Below, piece after piece: positions 25,269-37,565 of a stretch of 64,000 nucleotides of DNA; position 1 is the first letter of the stretch, and every line of letters starts with the position of its first letter. The stretch comes from Laetmonice hystrix (taxonomy: Eukaryota). The position numbers and the translations under genes were made by a program. Below the pieces are notes generated by a model that saw nothing but the letters and a program-made list of their open reading frames with translations, was not told the DNA's origin and did no database searches. Location of the stretch: assembly GCA_965235115.1 (NCBI GenBank), contig OZ249436.1, positions 54,996,001-55,060,000 of the forward strand, read 5' to 3'.

Positions 25269-28200
25269 TATAGCAAGTCCTAATTACAGGCCCCTGCCTC
25301 TCTGTGAGGATAATCAGACACGACCGCCAGGAGACCCCCAGAACAACACACCCATGCAGGTCGATTACAATTGATCTCTTCATTACCGCCAAACGCTGAT
25401 CGGTCCCACCACCCCCCCCCCCCCTAACCACCACCTCCCGCAGGAGTTCTCATTGTTTCATTACATTGTTTTCTATCCTTAAAACTTACATGATTTCTGT
25501 CAAACCTAAAGAAGGTGCATAATAGATGTTTCATGTTCCCAGTACCCTCTATACATATATGCCACCCTATTTCGCGAAACACACACACACAATACCTGGG
25601 AGAAGCATCATCAATTTGCAATTTCAACGGGTTTGTTATTAAAGCCACCTGCTTGTCCACCGGGGCCACCATCATGGCGGTTATTGATTGAAACATAATC
25701 TTTCATTAAGATAAACCCGATAAACCTCTTAGGACAACAAAATAATACGGGTCTGTAAAATATGCATAAAATTCATTTCTGCACATAAAATATGAACGCC
25801 TACTTGGTCTTCCAATCAGTTTCCTCATGTTTTTGAACCGCTACCAGATTCGCTTAAAAACTGGAGATGAGAATTTCATCGGTTCTTAAGGAGCGTTGAG
25901 CGTAATCAAATTACGGGTTTGGACCGGTACTTCAGTTTCAGATTCATAATTCATAATCAGCAATCAACGGTGAAGCATCTAGAGAAGACAGAATGGGCCT
26001 TTTTCACACACGATCTTTTCACGACGCTAAAGTGGAAAAGCAGCGATCTGCAATTTAAATCAAATTCAGCCAAGATTGGACGTATAATGTGCCAAGTGCT
26101 GTATTTGAGGCAAGTCAAGTCTGGTTGGGTCGGGAAGATCCTGATCACATCCAAAGGCTGCCCGTTTAATGGCTTCTTTTCAACAGACTAGGAAATCACA
26201 GACATTTTTAATACTGGTTGCTATGACGTAGTTCTCCCTAAAAAAGACGGCGACCAAAAAACTCGTCACTACTAGAAAAAATATTCATTGTGAAATGTGC
26301 ACCATGAAGATAAAACGACGCCCCAGACGTCGAAGCTGACCTGACCCCCAACCGGAAGGATAGCCTATACATGGATGTCTGCGATGTTTTCATCATGTCT
26401 GTAGACTTCGAAATATTTATGTTGGTAGACACAGCGCTGAAGCCACAGCAATCTATTTAAGGCTTGGCTTGGCACCTGTTGACAGGTATAAGTGTAAATG
26501 TATTCAAGGCTTCCATGCATGTTTTACATGCCGGGACAAGTACGCCGTTAGACACGTGTTTATATTCGGAGATAAATCTTACTTTGAATCTACTCGATTA
26601 TCCAGTATCGACAGGGACTCACAAAGCCTACTGTGTGTACAGTTGGTAATCTCTGCCACTGATCGTCAAAAACACCTGCTAATGTCCGAGGTACTTTCAG
26701 GTCAGACCCTTCTCCTACCTTCAGCCCCCCCCCCCCCCCCCCCCCCGCCATGCCCACTCCCGGCTTACCTGCCCCCTGCCATAGTCCTTGGTCATAACCC
26801 AGGCCATGAGGCAGGGCCCCAGGCCTCGTTCCGCGCTTTCCCATAAAAGATTACATAACTATGATACCGCGATAATTCATAATCCGTGTATGACATTTCC
26901 GGTGCCATGACAGACGCTCAATATATTTTCCTCTCGATAATGGCATTCTTTAATCTGGTTAAGTAACGGATTAATTATTCTATTTTGACACAAAGGGTCA
27001 GTAATCCCAAAACAACTAATTGAAAAACTAAACTTTTGAGTGAACAGGCGCACGCTCAGGGGCATCTGAGAAGGGGGGGGGGTTGGGGGGGGGTGTCTTT
27101 AGGAGACACACCCTAGCTGTGTCCCCTTGGACAACATATTTCCCAGGGCCCATTGGTTGACCCTCCCTGCCCCCTGCCATATTTCGAATACTGATGATTA
27201 TCATCATGATGACATGGTCATGGTGATTAACATCATATCATCATCATCGTTTTTCTCAAATCTGTTTTAATTCTTGCTCTGAAAACTGGCGACAATATGT
27301 GCCGTATTTCTCTGCACATAATGTCGCTGGCGACAATGCCCTGGACATTGGCATATATTGTCGCCGGCGACAAAATATGTACGGCGACATTATATGCCGT
27401 AACACACCCCTCTTTGGCCATATTGTTTCGGCAGCATACCTCCTTGGATGCTAGCTGAGCTTGATGGACGTCGTCAGAACCTGTAGGCTAGTTGTAAGCG
27501 GCCTTCATTTTCCCCGCACCACCGACGGTGCCTAGGTTCCAACGATTAGGAACCTGGACCAACACGCTAGGCATTTAGTGATTTTACCCTGGCAATCAGA
27601 AGTGTAACGGTTGCCTGCCCATTCATGGCTGACTTTCGTACCCGTCGGGGTAGGAAGTCAGCTGACACCGACAGCTCCGGGATCGGAGAAGAGTGGGTGG
27701 GCTATTGGATCAGTTGATGTCGGCCTGTCTGCAGCCAGCTGGTCTCTATCTCCATAGAGACGGAAGATTCAGGGGTTAGGTGTCTTATCCTGCCTTCTGT
27801 CAACTTCGGATTAATTCGTGGAGACACCTAGCCGGATCACCTGACACTGCCCATACTAGTCCCGACCGCTGCAGACAGCGTTCGTCTGTGTATCCATCCG
27901 CTGAGCGTGGGGCATTGGTCGAGCCCGAGGGGAACGTAGTCGTCTCTCCTAAACCACTTACTCTTCACCCTGACTTGTCGCCTGCCAGCGGCCACTGTCA
28001 AACTGACCTCCATGTCTCCACCAAACGACGTCATCAACCACACCATGCCGAAACTCAATCAATGTGTGAGTAGGAGCGGCTTGGGTTACCGGAAACTGAA
28101 CCGCCTCCAGTCCCTGTCGGCATGAGGAGGTTACCAAGGAGACATAACCGAGTTCCACAACCGGTTCCGGTGATTGTCGGGGGAGGTGGGGGGAGGGCAG

Positions 28201-30396
28201 GGTTTCAAAGGAGAGTGTTACTTTAGAGGGTCCTCATGAATCCCCACCTATGACCTTCATGAGGTTGTGTCAAACCGGTGTCTTATCATGCTCTGACTAC
28301 TGCCTCAATAACAATCTTTCCAGGAACAGCAGCCAATTATGATTGCCGATAGCACATCCAGGGCCGATAAGTCAAAGTCTGATTGCTACAAAATGACGAG
28401 AACGAAGAGAATTTTTGAAGGTCTTCGCTTGAGCTTCCAGCGCCATGATAAAGATGGCGGGCATTATTTACTACATGACGGAGATTTCCACTCAATATCT
28501 AGCATCCAGGGATGTATGGAATCCCTTCCAATTCACTACTTGATAATCCTGGAGGATTCGTGTTAATCCGTCTAGCACACGCAGATTTCTTTCTCCTCTC
28601 CTCCTTACAGTCGACCCGTCAAGTAGTGACGTCACTGACTGACGTCAAGGGATATCGCACGCTACTATGCGGAAGGATTCGTAAGGTGTTTCCGCACTAA
28701 ACAGAAAAGTGCCGGATTTCCGTTTGTAATTTGTACTTCCTGACCCCAAGGCTTGAAGTATATTTAACATTGATGCATTTATCCCTGGTCCCTTGAACTC
28801 ACGGCCATCTCCCTCGAGTATTTTACGCGCCTGTTGAACAACTCCTACCAGTACAAATCACTTCTCCATGGTTCCCGCTGAGGTTGGCTCGGACCTGACT
28901 CTAATGGCTTCTCATCATACATACCAGTGCATTAACCTAGATTGGTTCGAACAACATATAAATCACGTGGATGAGGATACGTTTACGGACTACTGGCTAG
29001 ATCCCGACTGAAACTGGCGCTCCCTTGATAGTTTGTGGTATCCAACCTCAACTACACTACACAACCATGGGTATATTTTACAGGGAAACTTCGGGCATGC
29101 ATATCTGCTTACATTTTTAAGTGGTCTGTTTTTATAAAGCCTAAAAACACTTTCTAGCGCAGGTTTTCCTTGTATACAGTATTATGACTTTGGGATCATT
29201 GAAAACGTTTTATCAAAATAAAAGACCAGAAAAAAGGCCCAATGTCTAAACCTCGCCGCATTTAAAGATTTTTTTAGCATGGGTGTATGTGTCGACATAG
29301 AAAACAATATGTGAACGCAAATATTTACCGATGTACAAAGTCAAGGATTGCCCCTTCCTGAACTTACTCACAAATTGTCTCCGACAGGCGTACATGAGAT
29401 TCAGCGTTGATAGTCTGAGCAATCACTCGCACGTTCTCATATGTCTGCACCTTTTTTCAGGTATCGCATTGCCGGACTGAGGCGGCTATCAACACTTCAT
29501 GACTGGTGGTCCCCTGAGGTCCCCTTATCACGCCATGCCGAGGCTACCTGAGCCGCTGCTAAACGTATACCTTGATTGCTGACCCGTTTACAATTAACGT
29601 CCGACAGCAAGAGGTAGATGTGCCGCGCCCGTGACCTTGTTTGATAATTGGTTTCCCTGTGGAAAAATAATGTTTTCCCAATTTACCCATTCCGCTTCAG
29701 CGCCATGCCTGCTGTGACTTACTTCCCGTGGTCATCAACAACATACATTGACTAGCGACATTTCCCTTTCAAACACCAGATATCTGCTCCCGATGGGGAA
29801 GCGGCCTTTCTATGGTGACCACCGACACAGCGTCGGAGTGAACCTAGCCCTGTTCTTCCTGGTTGTAGGCATGCAACGCCGGTTGAAGCTGAACAAAGAC
29901 GGCAGAGATTTGACAGGCGTCACCGGTTTATAAACAGAAAGCCATGTGGGAGAAAAAATAGTGTGAGTGAAATAAGATTATGACGATAAACTATTTCAAG
30001 CAAACAACTCAGACGACCTATGAAAAGAATGTCCTGGAAACTAAACAAAGTAAAGTAAGGGCGGACATTATCCTCCGACAGCGTTATAATAATTATGGCT
30101 GTACTGTCGGAAATGGACGAGTCCCTACAGAGCTGTGATCACATCCAATGTTGACACATGTCACCATTATAGATAGTGGAATGGAATAGAGACTGGGTAA
30201 ACAAAAGATCACATCATAATAATGTAATCTCGTCTTAGCGATGTAAACAAAACAACCTTCAAAAAGAAAGAACAGAGGGGGAAAACATCGTCTGAGTTAC
30301 AACCATCATCTTCGGTGTGCTGTCTACCGCCTTACTAGAATATACAATTCATTTTCACTTACTACCACTCGGCAGCACTGACAGGAGAAGTATGTT

Positions 30397-30434
30397 ACTC
30401 ACCTGAAAAGAGATGAAAAAGACAGACATATTAA
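30397..30434 (-). other. Candidate recursive splice site (zero-length exon, AG|GT)
   Basis: The minus strand reads TTAATATGTCTGTCTTTTTCATCTCTTTTCAG|GTGAGT. This gives a branch-like TTAAT, a long pyrimidine tract, CAG and an immediately following consensus donor. Junction at 30403/30402. Confidence 0.7.
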
Positions 30435-30774
30435 AGGTGCTATTCGTGAACAAAAAATCAATTTTTTAATTTTTAATTTTGTTGACGTTTATGTGATCCC
30501 ACCTATCATGGAAATAGATTCACAACAAAGGAAATCAAAATTTTTCATGGATAACGGCGCAAATGGGGCTCTCTCAGAAGGCCTGTGGAGACCCTGACAC
30601 GCCCCACCATAGGAAATGGCTCTATCTCGGTGCGCACCGAGATAGGTTTCAAATGCTGCACACAAACTAATAGAAGGTTTGTCAGGCCAATGGTATCGGT
30701 AGGAATTTTTTCTAGTACTATGTGCACAATGTATGATAGGAGAAATGCCATTCTGTGCGAGACGAATAGCACCT
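30435..30774. mobile_element. Kolobok-like MITE
   Basis: TTAA target duplication (30431-30434, 30775-30778) and perfect 13-bp TIR AGGTGCTATTCGT / ACGAATAGCACCT. Confidence 0.85.
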
Positions 30775-32065
30775 TTAACAGAGATTCGAAAACCTCACCA
30801 CAATACACACAAAATATATCTTCGTTAAGATCGCCTCACACATAAAACATATCGTCGACATAACCCACATAGGGAGAGAAGTGCAACAATTTACCTTTGG
30901 CAACACATGTGTACATCAATGTATTAAACATCATAACATATTGAAACTAAGTACTGCCGACATCAGAATCTATTATAATATCACATAATTCCTAAAATAT
31001 AATATTGCCCAATCCCCTGCCACCGCTTCCATAATTTTGTTATAATCCCGCATGGTAGATTGTACAGCAAACACTTTCCAGATGTTCGACTGATGTTAAC
31101 CAGACAGGAGCAGAGTTCCTAGAAAGGGTCTCTTCCCATTTCATTACAGAAAGTGCTATCTATCACGTATGCCTACGAAGGCACGACTCGTCACCCTCAA
31201 CAGGGCGTGAGAGTCACCCCTATCTATCCGACTTTGTCAGGTACGTATGGTCCCTGGTAGTCCGGTTTCCCCCACACGTAAGAAATGACGACCCTCGTTG
31301 TTGCGGAGGCGTAACTCTATTATCACCCATGCCACGGGCCAGACATCTTATAACGCCAGTTGGCTGGTCAATGATTACCATTCCTCCCTCGACAATCACA
31401 CGGGGGGGGGGGGGTCATTTAAAGAGGGTTTTAATGTGGAGAGCGAGCATTAGGGCCCATATCAGACTTCATGCCTCGATGCCTGGGACAAATCTCTTTT
31501 CATAATTGCACATCCTCTGAAACGGAGATGCCATCAACACTCACCAGGAAAGCCTGATGCCCAGAGAGTTCTCAGTAACCATGGGGGCGGCATATTTCCA
31601 TATTTCTCCATGTCATAGTACCTGTTTCAGTTACAGTACAGAGCAGAATTAAGAAAGGCTTGGCCTCCATAGCAATATCCAACCAAGAAACTTTCTCTTT
31701 AGTGTAGATTCGATCACATCAGTAAGCATCAACGTACAGTAACGAAAAACTCTCTTTACAGTAGTTCTAATGAGAAAGTCTAAAGGTGCAACTTCTCCAT
31801 TACCTCTGTCGAACCAAAAGTGGATACCTAGTTGTTTCTTCATTCAGACCGCGATACTCATTAAACGGCATTGTGACCAATAGTGACGTCTTATCAAAAT
31901 CTTTATATCCTTGGCCTCACTTAAAACTAATTATGGTAGTTGGATTAGTGTTATCTTTGACCCCTGCATACAGTTTTTGCAGAATCGATTGATAGATTAA
32001 ACAAGCGATACTTTTAGCTTTTTTGCTGAGGCCAAAAGGGTAAATCAGAACGAGAGGAGCTTGCG

Positions 32066-32986
32066 ATTTCTATCGATCCTGTCATTAGACGTTGTAACGA
32101 ATATCGACATTTCTATCTATCCTGTCATTAGACGTTATAACGAATATCGACATTTCTATCTATCCTGTCATTAGACGTTATAACGAATATCGACATTTCT
32201 ATCTATCCTGTCATTAGACGTTGTAACGAATATCGACATTTCTATCTATCCTGTCATTAGACGTTGTAACGAATATCGACATTTCCATCTATTCTGTCAT
32301 TAGACGTCGTAACGAATATCGACATTTCTATCTATCCTGTCATTAGACGTTATAACGAATATCGACATTTCTATCTATCCTGTCATTAGACGTTATAACG
32401 AATATCGACATTTCTATCTATCCTGTCATTAGACGTTGTAACGAATATCGACATTTCTATCTATCCTGTCATTAGACTTTGTAACGAATATCGACATTTC
32501 TATCTATCCTGTCATTAGACGTTAAAACGAATATTGACATTTCTACCTAGCTATCCTGTCATTAGACGTCGTAACGAATATCGACATTTTCTATCTATCC
32601 TGTCATTAGAGGTTGTAACGAATATCGACATTTCTGTCTATCCTGTCATTAGAGGTTGTAACGAATATGGAGATTTCTATCTATCCTGTCATTAGAGGTT
32701 GTAACGAATATGGAGATTTCTATCTATCCTGTCATTAGAGGTTGTAACGAATATCGACATTTCTATCTATCCTGTCATTAGAGGTTGTAACGAATATCGA
32801 CATTTCTATCTATCCTGTCATTAGACGATGTAACGAATATCGACATTTCTATCTATCCTGTCATTAGACGTCGTAACGAATATCGACATTTCTATCTATC
32901 CTGTCATTAGACGATGTAACGAATATCGACATTTCTATCTATCCTGTCATTAGAGGTTGTAACGAATATCGACATTTCTGTCTATC
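32066..32986. repeat. 43-bp minisatellite, ~21 copies
   Basis: Unit ATTTCTATCTATCCTGTCATTAGACGTTGTAACGAATATCGAC. Confidence 0.97.
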
Positions 32987-33061
32987 TCCCCATCCATCTA
33001 TCTATCTACATTCTGTTATGTCTTGCACCGAGGACCCTCACAGGCTTGTTCATCCTAAAAA

Positions 33062-33268
33062 GGCCTGATCTACTTAGGCGATTTCCCTTGCAACGGCCAT
33101 GCGATTTCTGATTTAATGGTTGAATTTCGCCCTGTGATTTTTCCCGGCTGGCCTTCCCTGTTTTGGGAAATGGGTTCCATCCTTTAATCTCAAAATCACA
33201 GTAAAATAAAAGAGTGATGTCAAAATCGCATGGACGTCGCAAGGAAAATCGCCTTAGTGGATCAGGGC
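33062..33268. mobile_element. MITE (Harbinger-like), same family as 41216-41438
   Basis: ~45-bp imperfect TIRs GGCCTGATCTACTTAGGCGATTT... / ...AAATCGCCTTAGTGGATCAGGGC. The interior is the reverse complement of the 41.2-kb copy. Confidence 0.85.
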
Positions 33269-36200
33269 AACGGAAACCGGATATCCTGCTACCTAAGATT
33301 AAATGCCTCCTACGTACCGGACCATCATAGAACAGATTCTTTGATGAGTGGACAACGTGTTTTCGCCAGCCTTTTTTGCGTAGCGGGCCGCTACGCTGTG
33401 TATTTAGGCCGCTACGCTGTCTTTTAGGCCGCTACATTGTCTTTTGGACAGCGTATAGGGCCAAAAACGTGTCTAAATTCATCAGAACCCACAGGAATAC
33501 CGGTAAAATATGCCTCGTTTACTGTCCAGTTTTGCAAACCTTTCTCATCCACCTATCTAGGCTGCCGACAATTTCTGGTGATAACCCTACGAGAAACCTC
33601 CCATGCGATGTTGTTCTTTTAATTACAAACTTCCAATCAAGTATCAAGTAGCCACTCAGCAGATTTCTGAGCATCCAAGCGATGCGTTCCTGCTCTGCTC
33701 CTGAAGATGTAGACAATCAAGGCTCATCTCTTATCTAACTATCCTCGTTAGCAACAGCAGCTGAAGCTACCAAAATAATTCCTCATGTCTAACTCTCAGT
33801 TGTTCCAGGTCCTTCACGATGCCTTAGAATCCCACAATCGTGATGCTGGCCAAAGCAATTAGATTAGTAATTAAGGCAACTGCAGCGTGTCTAGTTAAAA
33901 GATCATGTGCAGTGGCTCTACTGTTAATCATTGCCATATAAAACACACACGAGCCTATTTAAAGTCATAGATTGTTCAACTTACACAGAAATACGACGTC
34001 ATTTCAATAATGCCGTCTGTTTTCAGATTCAAAGATTACTATTTTCACTTGCATAGACTGACTGTTTCACCAGCCTTCAAAAGTACCATGATGAGTAACG
34101 ACATCCGTACACCCTGGGGGCGCAGCAATACTCAGTGACCGACACCTTATTCACATGAAAACTGCCGCCTCATATTGAAACATCTTGGCGATGATTACCC
34201 TTAGAGCAAGAAATTAATGAAAGTGGAGCCAGAGATGTTGAGAGAAAAAAAGATCACAACGTAACAATGGCAGTGTTTGTCTGTCGACGAGAATAAGGTT
34301 GCGATAATACAAACAGCGAATATTTACTTCTTCAATTCCAATTTGTTTCCAACTTACTGCCAAACACATTTCCCCCCCCCCCTAACTGTTGACTTAGGTT
34401 AATTGAGTTAGATAAACGTTTCCTGTCAGTGCTAATTTAAAATCCACAATTAGTTCAACCAACTTATGCCTGAAGTTAACAAGAACCCTGATTGATGTTC
34501 ATGCAATCAACCCAGGCGTGATACCTATCCGATTAGTTACCCAAACCTTGGTTTTAGTACATCATGGTATACTAGTGACACTAGAGGTGTTCGCCTTACC
34601 GGTGTTAGGGGACGTCGAGTCGGAGGACGACAGAACACCATCTGGAAATCCAGGGCCTACCTCTGTAGGGCCAGACAACGGATAAATGATACCCCATCAT
34701 TGTCAATATTCACTATGAGATTCTAGATACCAGGCCTAATACATTATTATATTATTGCGAAAGGTTTAGAAAAAATGCATTGTGGTGCCATGGCGAGTAC
34801 ATTGATGGACAAAGCACACATGAAATATTCAAATAAAAAGATGCCTTTCTCCCGTCTCAATATAATATCTTAATCTTGATCTTAATATAAAATCATTGAT
34901 AAGTCAGCTGAATTCCTGCTTTGCCATGGCCGAATATTATTGCCGAGACAAAACAAAAATCAAATGCATAAAAACAGCAACACGACCTCAAATTTGGAAG
35001 GCATACATGTGACTGGGCGTACACATAGCGAATCTCCACAGAGCACCTATTCTGTGGAAACTCCCCCAATGAATACCAAGATGAGAAGTACTACATCTGG
35101 GAATCCCATATGGTACATGCTTATCAGGGCAGGATCATCCTACTGACAGAGACGCTGAACGACATCATTGTAGGTCTCCTCAGACGGCACTGTATCCTTA
35201 CGGCATCGGTGGATTAAGTATGACCACACAGGCTTCACTCAAATGTAATTTAATACCACACTTTGCATGTGTTTGTCAATAGCAAATCTCTATTGGCCTT
35301 ATGGTCGATCGCAAGCACTTGTATCACATTCAAATACGATAACCGTTACGTAAAACGGTCTGCTAATAGCGTTGGCTTAAAGTCAGCCAGGTTGAAATGG
35401 CTTCTTTAAACCTCACCCGGCCTTACCAATGTCAAGAGGCCAACTGACCGCTTCCGGGCTATCAGGCCACTAATCAAACAATTAGCGCACGTTTTGCGTC
35501 CACCTGTCAGAGTCAAGAGATTGTAGCAAAGCATTTTTTCGGTTATTAGCTTGGCTGGCACAGCAGTACCAAATCTCTAAGTATGGGATCAAGTGTACGT
35601 TCTACAACTGTAACTGCCTTTGAATATTGTTTGCATCAGCTGAACACATGTTCATCTGATTTATAACAACCTGCGGTCTGTGCACGGACACTGGTTTATT
35701 TCAAACACACGTGGACTCTGAGTTCTTGGCCTGCACGGATAGTTTCGTCAGGACGATGGGGCACAGTCAAAGTGTATAGTCGGATCCTATATAAAACCAC
35801 AATGATTCTGTTACCAATCGGCATCACCCCACCACGACTGATGTTAGCTCAAAGAATTCAATATTGGGATGCCGACCATCAGGTGACAGCCACGAGTCAC
35901 CTTGGATTCCTAGACAGTTCCACTTAATCGCGTCACTTCTATTGAAAACTGCGTGAAAACTTTCCAGAGACGTCTTCCAAGTTCCAGGTGCGCATTATGT
36001 CGCAGACATAGAGCACACACACGGTCTGCCAACACGACATCCATAAGATGGATTAGAATCGGCCAAACTCTTTGATTCCACTTTCTATATTACTATTACG
36101 CCACGGGCGTCCGCCCGGCAGGGTATAATGCAGACGATGGGCTATCCGACATCTCGACAACAATGTTGCGCGCGACTTCTCGCCTCTTTAGCCTGACCTT

Positions 36201-36378
36201 GCTTGTGTTCCCACTCGAACCAGGACGATATTACTTGTCTGGAACAGTTACTGTCAATTTTCTGTTAGGCACCCATGACAGGGTAATGTCGTAGTTGTCA
36301 TAAATATTGTAAGACCGCCTTTGTATACGCAACTTTGTGGTGCGCTTTCGGGGACAAAGCCACAATGACAGCCCCATT

Positions 36379-36711
36379 ACAGCACCAAGGATCGTACTCC
36401 TAAACTATCAGGTACCTTTGACAACGCTGGCTCACAGCACCAAGGATCGTACTCCTAAACTATCAGGTACCTTTGACAACGCTGGCTCACAGCACCAAGG
36501 ATCGTACTCCTAAACTATCAGGTACCTTTGACAACGCTGGCTCACAGCACCAAGGATCGTACTCCTAAACTATCAGGTACCTTTGACAACGCTGGCTCAC
36601 AGCACCAAGGATCGTACTCCTAAACTATCAGGTACCTTTGACAACGCTGGCTCACAGCACCAAGGATCGTACTCCTAAACTATCAGGTACCTTTGACAAC
36701 GCTGGCTCACA
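36379..36711. repeat. 55-bp minisatellite, 6 apparently identical copies
   Basis: Unit ACAGCACCAAGGATCGTACTCCTAAACTATCAGGTACCTTTGACAACGCTGGCTC. Confidence 0.97.
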
Positions 36712-36866
36712 TCCCAACTTCCGTCTACATTGATGAAGTGGTATGCTGGAGTGATGTTACACTATTATATCTTACTTCACCCGTACTTTTAATCAACACC
36801 GTCCAGTCAGGTCCAACGATTCTATCGACACGGCATCAACGGTTTGGGTTCAACGATACTTGGTAA

Positions 36867-37565
36867 AGGTAGACGAAGATATCTATAATATCACAAATAA
36901 GCCAGGTCCTACCTATCACTACCATCGTCACACCTGTGGTGCCAAACGGGTTAAAGGGAAACACAATGTCATGTCGACCTGGTTTTCATTTGAAAATGAC
37001 GATCGATAAATAGCCATCATCCCTTCGACGCCAATCTAACATTTGAGAGGGGGATTCCGTCACGTGACCCTTGGACAGCTTTGGCTGACGTTCGCTAGCA
37101 CAATGAATCCTGTCTATACTCACTGCAGCAGCCCAGCAACCCCGTGGTTGTCGACTGACCTGAGTACGAGAACCTGTCGTAAATTAGCTGCCATTCCTCA
37201 ATGTTGGCACAGAAACCATGGATTTCGTTCTGTTACGATTTAGAAATGGTTTGTTGAGTTTCCGTCATACAGGAACCCTAATATTTTACTATGCTTGCCA
37301 ATAGGTCTAAGGGGAATACCCCATTGGCATGCCGTTCACGTGTGGTCTAGATTCAGAAGCTGCCTCGTTTTCGTTGGGCTGATGCAATAAACTCCCATCA
37401 TGCACGACGCAACCGGTACTGTTCCCACGGGAGAATGTAAACAGAACAAGTTCATTCGCAGCCAATGAAATTCCGTTAGACCTGGCCAGCTCTAAATTTG
37501 TTACTATCACGGGAGAATAGAGACTTACTGAGGTAAACAGTGTCCCGGACAAAAAGGTCTCTGCA
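36867..37565. mobile_element. Diverged relative of the 538-1731 host element, lacking its two nested inserts
   Basis: Shared blocks AATAAGCCAG.TCCTACCTATCAC, GATAAATAGC.ATCATCCCTTCGACGCC, GGGGAATACCCCAT and TACTGAGGTAAA occur in the same order. Flanks are GTAA / TTAA. Confidence 0.55.

Noticed and set aside
27780..28158. GC-rich overlapping ORFs faintly resembling a tyrosine recombinase segment (KSK...CP)
   Set aside because: No catalytic HxxR or other motifs identified, so unsupported without a search.
29440..29466. Plus-strand TTTTTTCAG|GTATCG as a second recursive site
   Set aside because: Weak donor, short pyrimidine tract, and opposite strand to the other splice evidence.
31250..31320. 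GGTAGTCCGGTTTCCCCCAC motif resembling a SINE central domain
   Set aside because: No tRNA-like head with A and B boxes is visible, and the match is too short to call.
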